A stretch of 31,916 nucleotides of DNA from Bdellovibrionota bacterium. Lineage in GTDB: Bacteria; Bdellovibrionota_C; UBA2361; OMII01. Shown here piece by piece: positions 1 to 8,841 of the stretch (positions are counted from its first letter, which is position 1; each line of letters opens with the position of its first letter). Location of the stretch: assembly GCA_044345405.1 (NCBI GenBank), contig JBIJBE010000039.1, positions 1-31,916 on the forward strand, in the 5' to 3' direction. The notes beneath the pieces are model-generated. The model worked only from the letters and a program-made list of their open reading frames with translations, was not told where the DNA came from and made no database searches. The position numbers were made by a program, and so were the translations under genes.

Positions 1-617
1 GCCTTGCGGACTGTCGTCGCGTGAGGCGGATGTCTGTCGTGATGCGCGATATTTCGGCGACCGGGGACGGTCGCCCTCCCGTCGTGCGCCCCGTGACACC
101 GGAGGGCGCGCATTCCTGCGCGCCGGTTGATGCACGAATGTTTCGACCGCGGGTTTCGGCCCGTCAGGAGACGCTCCCTCTGGACAGCCGTCGCGTGAGG
201 CGGATGTCTATGGCCGTGTGTGACATTGTGGCGACCAGGAATGGTCGCCCTCCCGTCGTGCGCCCCGTGACATCGGAGGGCGCGCATTCCTGCGCGCCGG
301 TGCTGCACAAGTGTTTCGATCGCGGGTTCCGGCCCGTCAGGAGACGGGCCTTGCGGACTGTCGTCGCGTGAGGCGGATGTCTGTCGTGATGCGCGATATT
401 TCGGCGACCGGGGACGGTCGCCCTCCCGTCGTGCGCCCCGTGACACCGGAGGGCGCGCATTCCTGCGCGCCGGTGCTGCACAAATGTTTCGATCGCGGGT
501 TCCGGCCCGTCAGGAGACGCTCCCTCTGGACTGCCGTCGCGTGAGGCGGATGTCTATGACCGTGTGTGACATTGTGGCGACCAGGAGTGGTCGCCCGCCC
601 GTCGTGCGAACCCGTGA
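1..617. repeat. Tandem array of ~173-bp units carrying inverted pairs of GGAG-type REP-like palindromes (BIME-like), truncated by the window start
   Basis: CGTCGCGTGAGGCGGATGTCT recurs at 15, 189, 362 and 535 (periods 174/173/173). GGCGACC-N6-GGTCGCC occurs at 56, 230, 403 and 576, and GGAGGGCGCGCATTCCTGCGCGCC at 101, 275 and 448. Confidence 0.9.
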
Positions 618-625
618 CCGCGTGA

Positions 626-660
626 AATAAAAAAGGACGCCCGCCGTTACGCGAGCGCCC
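626..660 (-). terminator. Rho-independent terminator of the 693..2555 gene
   Basis: Minus strand reads GGGCGCTCGC-GTAACG-GCGGGCGTCC followed by TTTTTTATTT, about 30 nt after the stop codon. Confidence 0.75.
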
Positions 661-692
661 TCTCCGAATCACGTTACAAACGTGGAACTGAA

Positions 693-2555
693 CTAGTTCT
701 TAGCGAAGAAGTCAGTGACACCGCTCTTCTCAAACGTCTGCCGTTTGAACGCGACGTACGTTGTATCGGTGTTCTCCGTTCCTGGCACCTTCTCGATCTC
801 CTTTGTCAGCGCCGCGGCGAACTCAGCCTTCATCTGGTTGAGAGCTTTTTGGAACTTCGATCCATCGATGACTCGTCTGAATCGAGAGTCGAGGTCCTCG
901 GTGAATGGAAGGCTGAACTTACTGTAGTCGAGCTGCACAAGATCGCTCACCTTCACCTCTGTTCCGAGTTCATCGGCGAGGAATTTGAACTTCTCTTTCT
1001 GCATCTCGGTCATATTCGAACCATCCATGCGAGCTTCGTAGATCTCTTTACGAACCTTCGAGAAGGTTCCGACGTAGGACTTCACGAACTCAGACATGAC
1101 CATCTTGTACCAACCGTTCAGGTCTTTGTCTGATATATTGGCGTCCACCATCGCGTGTCCCATCAACTCAAGCTTGCGGGGATCGATGGTGAGGTCGTTA
1201 CCGAGACGAGGCATCTTCGCAACCGAACCGGTCTGCACCTCACCCTTACTCTCGGTGCTCTGTAGTTTCGCGCGACGAGCGGTCTCGATCAATCGACGAG
1301 CCTCCCCAAGGTCGTTCTTGATCTGCTCAAGGATGTCGTCTGATTTGGTTATCGCCTCCCGCATTGAATGTGGGAGCTTCTCGAGGCCACCATCAACATT
1401 CTTTGCAATCGCCTCAACGTTGTCCTTACCGAAGGACAGTGCGTCGATCTTCTCAAGGGCCTTTGCTTGTCCCTTCCTGAACTCTATCGCCGACTGAGGT
1501 TTGACGAGGTCAATCTTGCCTATCGCCTCAAATGCGTCATTCACTTTTTTGATCTGCACATCGAATCCTGTGTTGAATCCCGCGCCGTATCGTTGGATTT
1601 GTGCCACTGTCTCAAGGGCTTTTTCATCGTCAACTCGTACGGTGATCGTTTCCGGCACGATTCGACCGCGAAGAGTCTCAAGGTTCTTCTGAATTCGCTT
1701 CTCGATCTCCTGAAGAGCGGCGGTATCGAGTTTTTTCGTCTCGACGACGCGTGCCTTCGTATCCGCGGTAGCAGCTGGCGCTTCAATCACCTCAGGGGAG
1801 GAAGGAGCCGCAGGTGCCCCAGCACCGCGCTTGCTCACAAGCCACTCAGCTGCCTCAAGACGAACCTCCTCAACTTCGCCCTTTATGATACCGGCAGTGA
1901 GGACCTTCTTAATGCCCTCAAAACTTGTCCAGAATTTCTTGGTGAAGATGCCCTCGCTCGAGTCGAGCATCTGCTTGGCGAATCCGATGTAGTAGTTCTT
2001 TTGCTTGGCGTTATCCGGAATAGCCGCGAGCTCATCGGCGGTGAAACCGCCATGCTTCACGCTCACGTAGGCCTCGGTTCGGTTCAGATCGTGGTGTGAG
2101 GCGCGAGCGTCCTCCACTGTCTTGAAATACGCGGTTGGGCGATAGCCGTGTCGCTCCGATTTCATTTTTTTATGGAAGTTCTCTAAGGTCGCCTCGGATG
2201 ACGTGGCGGTAGGAGCGCTCGGGGGGCTTACTGGAGCCTCAGCTGGCGTGGTGGTTTCCGCAGTTGGTGTCGTCGAGGTCGAGGCAGCCGCAGCCGGAGT
2301 TGCGTCAGCAGTCGGAGCAGCTTCTGGCGACGGCGGAAGCGCCACGTTCATAGCACCGTCTGTGGGCTGCGGGGCTGTTTCCGCTGCCAACGAATCGGTA
2401 TCATTCGCTGGTGGCACAGCAAAGGGGTTCTCAGCATAATCGGATCCATGGGGCGTCATCGATCGGTTCAAGGGATTTTCGGATTGAGCGCCGGTGGTTG
2501 GTTTAACCTCTGTGTGTTCGCTGGTTCCAGTCGCTTGTGTCGGTTGAGCAGCCAT
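693..2555 (-). CDS. Hypothetical protein (~620 aa), Ala/Pro/Thr-rich disordered N-terminus and helical/coiled-coil C-terminal region
   Basis: Long ORF with its own terminator. AAGGA lies 8 nt before the ATG at 2555 (alternative ATG at 2564). No family motif recognised. Confidence 0.8.
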   Translation of the reverse strand: MAAQPTQATGTSEHTEVKPTTGAQSENPLNRSMTPHGSDYAENPFAVPPANDTDSLAAETAPQPTDGAMNVALPPSPEAAPTADATPAAAASTSTTPTAETTTPAEAPVSPPSAPTATSSEATLENFHKKMKSERHGYRPTAYFKTVEDARASHHDLNRTEAYVSVKHGGFTADELAAIPDNAKQKNYYIGFAKQMLDSSEGIFTKKFWTSFEGIKKVLTAGIIKGEVEEVRLEAAEWLVSKRGAGAPAAPSSPEVIEAPAATADTKARVVETKKLDTAALQEIEKRIQKNLETLRGRIVPETITVRVDDEKALETVAQIQRYGAGFNTGFDVQIKKVNDAFEAIGKIDLVKPQSAIEFRKGQAKALEKIDALSFGKDNVEAIAKNVDGGLEKLPHSMREAITKSDDILEQIKNDLGEARRLIETARRAKLQSTESKGEVQTGSVAKMPRLGNDLTIDPRKLELMGHAMVDANISDKDLNGWYKMVMSEFVKSYVGTFSKVRKEIYEARMDGSNMTEMQKEKFKFLADELGTEVKVSDLVQLDYSKFSLPFTEDLDSRFRRVIDGSKFQKALNQMKAEFAAALTKEIEKVPGTENTDTTYVAFKRQTFEKSGVTDFFAKN

Positions 2556-2826
2556 GGGGTACATCCTTTATGAAAAAAGCGTGTGTGCTTCTTCTGTTCT
2601 TCGCGCGAGCAATAAGAAAATGATTGCTCGAGCGCTGCCGCTCTGCCCCGTGTCCAACTAGGCCCCTCGGTACCGTGGGGAATGGCAACAGCTCAGTAGT
2701 GGCGTTTATCTTTATGGAGAGTGTAGCGTCTTGTGTGATCTAAGATAGGAATGGCGACCGAATCGCCCAGTGCCGGGTTCGATCCTGTCACCATCTGTTC
2801 CCTCGGCGTACCGTGGTGTCAACCGG

Positions 2827-3969
2827 TTATGCCGCCCCACACCGAATAACGGTTGTCGATCGGAAGGTCTCGCCCGGCCGCAGTATCGTGGAGGGATAGC
2901 TGGGTTGATTGACCGAATCGGGAAAGTGCTGCGTCTCTAGGCAGAAGCCCGCATGTTTTCGATAGGTTGCTCCCTCTTTTCCGGTAAGCGTTCCGTCAAG
3001 ATAGTTGCCGGTATAGAGCTGAACCCCCGGTTCTGTTGTCAGTATTTCTACATATCTCCCCGACTTGGGGTCTTCGGCGCGAGCCGCTAGGGTGAGGGGG
3101 CGAGGCTTATCAGACAGGACGTAGTTGTGGTCGTATCCGATTCCAACGTCGGCGATCCGTTCGCCGATCGTGTGCGGGGTCTGAAAGTCGAAGGGAGTGT
3201 TCGCCACCGCGACGAGAGGTCCAAGCGGTATCGAGGTTTCATCCACCGGAACTATCCTGTCCGCCGCAATCACAAGTTCCTGATGGAGAACGTCTCCCGA
3301 TTCATGCCCCGCGAGATTAAAGTAGGCATGATTGGTCAGGTTGATCGGCGTTGCTTTTGTTGTGGTAGCTTCGTACGAGATTTGCAACTCGTTTGTAGAA
3401 GTTAAGGTATAGGTCACCGTCGTTGAAAGCTCCCCAGGATATCCCTCCTCTCCCTCTGGACTCACATACGATAGCGCCAGGTGAACGGCGCCAGGGGTTA
3501 AGGAGCTTGTCGCCTTCCACACCTTGCGATCAAATCCGTTAATGCCTCCGTGCAGGTGGTTCGGTCCGTTGTTAGTCGCCAGGGTGTAGGTCTCTCCATC
3601 AAGTGTGAATCGCCCCCGAGCGATCCGATTGGCGAATCGACCGGTAATAGTTCCGAAGTAGGGGTGTCGTTCCTCGTAGGGCTCAAGTGTGTCAAACCCA
3701 AGTACGATGTCGGCGAGGTTGCCGTTTCTATCGGGTGCCGTGAGGGTGCGAATGATGCCGCCCCAGGTGAGGATCGATGCCGATACACCGCCAGGATTGG
3801 TGAGCGTGTACTCAACAACCTCTTCGCCAGTGCGCGTCGTTCCAAATGTTCGATGGGCAATCGTTGGTTGATGAGCGGATGAAGGGTTTGAGTGAGAAGA
3901 GAGAGACATGCATCCTCCGATGGTGAGTGATACGATCGTGGCAATTGCGTTACGCATGAAGGGACTCAT
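2827..3969 (-). CDS. galM: Aldose 1-epimerase (galactose mutarotase), possibly a lipoprotein
   Basis: Motifs GRFANRI, NHLHGG, NLTNHAYFNL, YDHNY and FCLETQHFPDS. The N-terminus ends in a lipobox-like IGGC. Confidence 0.95.
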   Translation of the reverse strand: MSPFMRNAIATIVSLTIGGCMSLSSHSNPSSAHQPTIAHRTFGTTRTGEEVVEYTLTNPGGVSASILTWGGIIRTLTAPDRNGNLADIVLGFDTLEPYEERHPYFGTITGRFANRIARGRFTLDGETYTLATNNGPNHLHGGINGFDRKVWKATSSLTPGAVHLALSYVSPEGEEGYPGELSTTVTYTLTSTNELQISYEATTTKATPINLTNHAYFNLAGHESGDVLHQELVIAADRIVPVDETSIPLGPLVAVANTPFDFQTPHTIGERIADVGIGYDHNYVLSDKPRPLTLAARAEDPKSGRYVEILTTEPGVQLYTGNYLDGTLTGKEGATYRKHAGFCLETQHFPDSVNQPSYPSTILRPGETFRSTTVIRCGAA

Positions 3970-4034
3970 GCTCGAAAGCTGCCGTAGAGAGTTCAGCTTG
4001 TAAAGCTAAAAAGCCGCGGAATAGCGGCGATCCC

Positions 4035-5510
4035 TTAGATGACTCTCGTGAAGAAATCGGGCGAGGGGAGTTGTCGGAGCAGTTTGATACATTCCGGCCG
4101 GATCAGCCCCTCTCGAATGAGCGCCTCGCTCGCTATCTGCTGCAGCCCCATTGCGCCACCAAGGTTCGTGGGCATTCCGATGAAGAACTCCCACTTCTCT
4201 TTCCCTGGAATGCTAACCGCTCCAACGGAGTTGTTCGCCTCAAGTCGTCGGAGGTGAAATTCCTTGGGAGGCATGTGCGAGATCCCGATCACGCCACCAC
4301 TTCGTTCGAGGAATCCCGGGCCACCCGCAAGAGAGATGGAGCTCCTTACCAGGTGCTCAAACTTCGTCATGTTCGCTCGAGGTCTGAGGCATGCCGGCGT
4401 AGTGGCTTCAGGAGAGAGTGCTGGGAGCTCAAGAGCCCACGCGCGTCCCTTCTCGGAGAGCATCTCAAGGGTGACGTGGCACAGAGCTCGGTAGTCAAGG
4501 TCGACAGGCTTTGCGAGCGCCGGATGTTGGTTGGGGCAGTAGAGCCGAGGGATGTCCGCTTCCAAGAAAAGCCGACGAGCGTGTGGCGTGTCCCTCTCGG
4601 AGAGTTCATTAACGAATTGGGTTATCGGTTGACCGGTGCTCGCGATTGCTCGATGGAAGGCTTCCGTCAGGAAGCCGGTGAAGAGTGAAGACGCTCGACC
4701 GATCGAAACGCGATCGTAGAGGAGATCGCGTGCCTTAATGAGGCTCACCGCGGAATCGAAGTTTGAAAATCCGATCGTTCCATCAGGGAGCGCTTGAAGA
4801 CTGCGGATAAAGTCGCGCTGAATGTGGCACCGGTTGATAATATCTTGATGCCCGATGTGGAGTGAGTCAACCAAGAGGTAGGCGAGACGATCCGCCCAAT
4901 CGACGAGGGTGTGGAGTGGATGACTTGGTTCGTACAAAATCAGTTTAATTCGCTCGCTTCGCTCATCCCCGAAAAAACGGGTGAACTCGTCCGAATTGAA
5001 GAGCTGCTTGGTTCGGCGCTCATGACAAAAAGCGGGGCGACCCGGAGACCCATCGAACTCAGGGAAGGAATTGATAGCGTACTCGGACTGGTGGGAGGCG
5101 AAGATGTGCCCCTGATCGTGACCAGCTACCGCGGCTACCAGGTCCCTTGAGTCCGCCGGATCCAGGTTAAGGTGCCGCGCCATCTCTAAGGCGATCTCGG
5201 CCGCGAGAAGGGTATGCGGAGTTACTCGGGTATGGTCAGCGGATTTAAAGGTATGGGTATGCGCGACCCCCATACAGTGATGCGTCTTAAGGTTCTGTCC
5301 GGAAGGGTGATTGAGCAAAAACTCAATGTCTGGACGGAAGTGTCTTGGAAATCTCTCCAGCCACTCATGTTCTTGACGTTCCGCCGCGGCCAGTGTGTGC
5401 GCCGACTCACGTTGGATATCTTTAGCGCTATTGCGAGACGGAAAGGAGATGACGGAAGTCGAAGGGACCGGTGGGGTACGCTGAGCTTGAGCTGGAAGCG
5501 ATTTATCCAA
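4035..5510 (-). CDS. HD-domain phosphohydrolase, divergent dNTP triphosphohydrolase (SAMHD1-like) family
   Basis: HTRVTPHTL, AGHDQGHIFASH and DWADRLAYLLVDS parallel the family motifs HTRFEHSL, LHDIGHGPFSH and DADRLDYLLRD. TTG start is uncertain. Confidence 0.7.
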   Translation of the reverse strand: MDKSLPAQAQRTPPVPSTSVISFPSRNSAKDIQRESAHTLAAAERQEHEWLERFPRHFRPDIEFLLNHPSGQNLKTHHCMGVAHTHTFKSADHTRVTPHTLLAAEIALEMARHLNLDPADSRDLVAAVAGHDQGHIFASHQSEYAINSFPEFDGSPGRPAFCHERRTKQLFNSDEFTRFFGDERSERIKLILYEPSHPLHTLVDWADRLAYLLVDSLHIGHQDIINRCHIQRDFIRSLQALPDGTIGFSNFDSAVSLIKARDLLYDRVSIGRASSLFTGFLTEAFHRAIASTGQPITQFVNELSERDTPHARRLFLEADIPRLYCPNQHPALAKPVDLDYRALCHVTLEMLSEKGRAWALELPALSPEATTPACLRPRANMTKFEHLVRSSISLAGGPGFLERSGGVIGISHMPPKEFHLRRLEANNSVGAVSIPGKEKWEFFIGMPTNLGGAMGLQQIASEALIREGLIRPECIKLLRQLPSPDFFTRVI

Positions 5511-5964
5511 CGAGCCCTCCCTTGTTAAGAAGGAAGGTCTTATGAACGGCGATTCGCGTCACGAATTGCCGCACCTGATGTAGTGCGTCGACTTTTTGAG
5601 AACCGGGGTTCCACATAGAGGTGCATCACAATAGGTTGGCGCTGATATGACCGTAGCCACGCGGGAATCGGGTCAGAATCGAGCGCACAAACGCCCTGAG
5701 TAAACTACAAGAACTCCTCCAGGTAAATGGTCAGTTTAACCTTTTTAAAGAAAGCTCTCCTCACGGCCCTTCGGAGCGGAGTGCAAGCGTCCGAGTCGCG
5801 CAACTTTGTACCCTCAGGTGCCGAATACCGTCTATCCACTGGGGCAGGGGAGAGCAAAGAGAGAGGGAATTCTGTGGTCCGTCTGTTACAAAACTTTCCC
5901 CTGAAATGGGCCTTAACGACTGAGCCGGCACTCCAGCGCCGGTTCATGACTATGAGGAGATAGT

Positions 5965-6816
5965 ATGGTTACAAATTCAGCTGGACCTGTCGGTCCTACG
6001 TTGTATAGCGCAGGTGTATTCGCTGAGCGGGATACCGCTCAAGCACGCGTGACACCATTCCGAGCGGGGGGCGCGGACACTCAAAGCTTTGAACTAGCGG
6101 CGCATAAAAGTGCGAGAGGTATCCAAGCGGGACGCACCGAGCAACTCATAGAGCTCGTTGTCGCGGCAGTGACGGTGGTCGCGGATATCGTTACTTTGGC
6201 ACTGGCCCGCTCCGATAAGAAGGAGAGTACGACCCCATCTAAGCCGGTGCGTCTGCCGGGAGCGGGCAGCCCAGTCGGCTGGGGAGCCCGCCCGACACCC
6301 ACTGCGACTCCGCTAACGGGAACTCTTCCACCCTCTGTCCCCGGTAAACGACTTGACGCCATTAGAAGCGATACCGGTGATATCACCGTTCGTACCTTCG
6401 ACGGGTATCTCGTGCGTGTTGAGGCGCTCAAGGGTGGCTGGAGTATTACCGATCCCGAGGGAAGGACGACCGAAATATCCGCCCACGCGCAGGTGCGTGA
6501 ATCTGACGGTCGTACCTGGACATTCAAAGAGCGGGGTTCCTTCATGTTCGGTCCGCACAAAGTGACGGCACAGGGCGCCTCCGGAACTAGGAGCTCCTCC
6601 AGACCAAGCACCTTGACCATCTACAGTGGTAACGAGCGGGTTACGATCGAAGGACTCAACACCGACCACCCCGTCCTTGACGCCGTGGCTGGGGACGGTG
6701 CGTTTCACGACGACCGTGTGGACGATGGTACGATCTACCACCGTGGTAAAACGAAGTTTGGTGAATCGTGGGGTGTTATCTCCGGTGGAAAACGTCGAGT
6801 GATGGGAGCGAGTTAA
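5965..6816 (+). CDS. Hypothetical protein with a DUF1521 (MIIA)-like C-terminal domain
   Basis: GAGGAG RBS before the ATG. TTEISAHAQVRESDGRTWTFK resembles the DUF1521 pattern TTRIWGDPHVxExDGxxWDFK. Confidence 0.65.
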   Translation: MVTNSAGPVGPTLYSAGVFAERDTAQARVTPFRAGGADTQSFELAAHKSARGIQAGRTEQLIELVVAAVTVVADIVTLALARSDKKESTTPSKPVRLPGAGSPVGWGARPTPTATPLTGTLPPSVPGKRLDAIRSDTGDITVRTFDGYLVRVEALKGGWSITDPEGRTTEISAHAQVRESDGRTWTFKERGSFMFGPHKVTAQGASGTRSSSRPSTLTIYSGNERVTIEGLNTDHPVLDAVAGDGAFHDDRVDDGTIYHRGKTKFGESWGVISGGKRRVMGAS

Positions 6817-7059
6817 TGAGCCGTGTTACACGCGAGCGCAGGTGACTTCGAGGTTTCCGCGTCTTGTCCCCGTTGGTTGCTCCCCGGTCGCGGCCAATTC
6901 CGACCAGTATGCGCCTCGTCATAATGAGCAGGGTTATAATCATGCTCTTGTAGGGAAGAATTTCTCCCCACATGAGCGGGAGAGGTGCATGTGTAGGTAG
7001 AGAGCGCGCACTTAGCCGTCGTTTTCTCCATCATGTGCTTGGTTGTAAGGGAGTGAACG

Positions 7060-7464
7060 ATGGACGGATCAGCAGAGACCTCAAGGTCTCGTCATGAGGG
7101 CGCCACGTACGGAGAGGGGGGGGAGTGGTATCTCTTACGCGAAGACCTCGATATCGGTGAGAACCGATGCCGAGCGGGAACTCCCGTTCGTCGAGTCGCC
7201 GAAGGGTGGATCGTACAGGGGCTCTCGGCGCCTGTTTCGATCCCCCTGGATGATCGAGTGTGTAGGACTGAGTATGGTGGTTTAAGTCTTCACGTACTCA
7301 GCAGGCACTCGGACGGCTCTCTCGCCCACCGACGGATCGGATCAGATGACGCGCCACAGCAAGTCGCGGATAGTCGGGTCATCGCACCGCCAGAGTGTGG
7401 TCACGATAGGGTTTACCTCGCTTTCGGGGACCAGTTCTATCCCCTCGATTACTTCGGGTGGTAG
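7060..7464 (+). CDS. Unknown family A protein, copy 1
   Basis: GGGAG RBS. Full-length similarity to 8842..9258 (WYLLRE, RAG, VCR, G(L/V)SL, FGxxFxPL(D/E)xFxW-stop). Confidence 0.8.
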   Translation: MDGSAETSRSRHEGATYGEGGEWYLLREDLDIGENRCRAGTPVRRVAEGWIVQGLSAPVSIPLDDRVCRTEYGGLSLHVLSRHSDGSLAHRRIGSDDAPQQVADSRVIAPPECGHDRVYLAFGDQFYPLDYFGW

Positions 7465-7511
7465 CCCTTCAGCTTCGCTTCGCGTGTCACCGGCTAGTTC
7501 CTCGATCGAGC

Positions 7512-8018
7512 ATGGGTTACCTACGATTTCATTTCACCTCCGGAAGGGAGCTCCGGCTCTATCGGGTCGAGAGTTCGTATGGCTCGGTCATGAGCGTGGC
7601 CGTACATGGACACCCAACGGGTAGTTCTCCCTCCTTGGGGCGGTTTCCATGGAGTCGAGCGGTCCGAGCGCTGAGCGCGGTTGTGCTTCGCGCTTTGGTA
7701 GCTTCTCGGTATACCGATGTTCAGCCCTATGTAGAGGGAGAGCGGGGCAGTCTCGCCGCCGCTCTTGATGGGGCGCTCTCGAAGGAGCCGCGGTGGCTGC
7801 GAGAGTGCTTCGGTGTTTCCGAGCGCGGAGAGCCGGTTAGTCGTCGCCTCTTCATTCGCTCAAATCCCGGCCGTAAGCGACTTGGACCCGTAGCGGTCGC
7901 GCTCTCCTCTCGTGTTCCGCGGGATAAGATCCTGATTCTATTAAACGGCGAGATCGTGGATACCTCCTCGGAGTTGAGACGAATGCTGGAGGACGTAGAG
8001 CGGATATGGGCCGTCTGA
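7512..8018 (+). CDS. Unknown family B protein, copy 1
   Basis: ATG at 7512 (MGYLRFHF) aligns with the start of 8149 (MDCLKLHF). Shared motifs WSxAVRALS, GSxAAxLDxAxSKExxWL, FxRxNxGRKRxGPVAV. Confidence 0.8.
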   Translation: MGYLRFHFTSGRELRLYRVESSYGSVMSVAVHGHPTGSSPSLGRFPWSRAVRALSAVVLRALVASRYTDVQPYVEGERGSLAAALDGALSKEPRWLRECFGVSERGEPVSRRLFIRSNPGRKRLGPVAVALSSRVPRDKILILLNGEIVDTSSELRRMLEDVERIWAV

Positions 8019-8096
8019 CTCCTGTCCTGAATTTTCAGCCCCTGTTTATACGCTTCAGAAAGATAAAAACTTCGGGTAACAAACAAGGCCAGCAGG

Positions 8097-8122
8097 TAAG
8101 GTATACCTAGTATCGCCGATAC
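8097..8122 (+). promoter_or_regulatory. Possible sigma28 (FliA)-type promoter
   Basis: TAAG-N14-GCCGATAC versus consensus TAAA-N15-GCCGATAA, 26 nt before the ATG at 8149. Confidence 0.35.
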
Positions 8123-8148
8123 TTTGAGAGACGTGCCACAAGGGGATC

Positions 8149-8667
8149 ATGGATTGTTTAAAGCTTCATTTCGTAGGTGACGCGGATCCCTCGCTCTTTC
8201 AAACTGAATACATTTTGAATGGGCGACGGATTCACGCCGTTCGTGGAAAAACGAGTGGAGCGTTCACCGGACAGGGATCCTTTCATTGGAGCATCGCGGT
8301 ACGGGCGCTCTCAGTGTTGGCTATTCGGACCTCGATGGCGACGCTCGGTCATCCGTGTGATCCGATCCTGGTAGGTGACAAGGGGAGCTACGCTGCTTCT
8401 CTCGACTACGCTATCTCGAAAGAGACTCACTGGTTGATCGATGTTTTCGGTCTATCGGATGGAGAGGTTCCAAACTTTCGACGGGTCTTCAAGCGAACCA
8501 ACTCAGGAAGGAAGCGATCCGGGCCTGTGGCTGTGTCGTTCTCAAAATACTTGCTTCAAAGAGGAGCCATCTCGATTCGTCATAATTCTCAGGATCTCTT
8601 GACGATCCCTGACTTAGAGGCCCTTCTCGTAAAGGTCAGCGCGATCGAATTTCAGGGGACGGGGTGA
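8149..8667 (+). CDS. Unknown family B protein, copy 2
   Basis: AAGGGGA RBS. Paralog of 7512..8018. Confidence 0.85.
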   Translation: MDCLKLHFVGDADPSLFQTEYILNGRRIHAVRGKTSGAFTGQGSFHWSIAVRALSVLAIRTSMATLGHPCDPILVGDKGSYAASLDYAISKETHWLIDVFGLSDGEVPNFRRVFKRTNSGRKRSGPVAVSFSKYLLQRGAISIRHNSQDLLTIPDLEALLVKVSAIEFQGTG

Positions 8668-8841
8668 GAAATGTCGTGGATCTTTCGATAGGTTCTTGCC
8701 GCTTGATTTACGCTTTTCGAAGTGCACCAAGGGACGTACTACTAGGGCAACGCAGATGTGACGTGATAATTGAGGGCTCGTTTATTTTTAGAACGCGCGT
8801 GAAAAAAATAATTTCTCATCGGAACTTTCGATAAAAGGACC

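Noticed and set aside
1-617. CRISPR array
   Set aside because: The intervening sequences are themselves repeated, the period is ~173 bp, and no cas genes are present.
21-672. ORFs 21..371, 164..481, 311..544 and 337..672
   Set aside because: They are by-products of GC-rich repeats. The 173-bp period shifts frame between units and there is no RBS.
2750-2794. tRNA-like GGTTCGATCC...CACCA
   Set aside because: No D arm or anticodon arm and too short. It is better read as a minus-strand hairpin downstream of galM.
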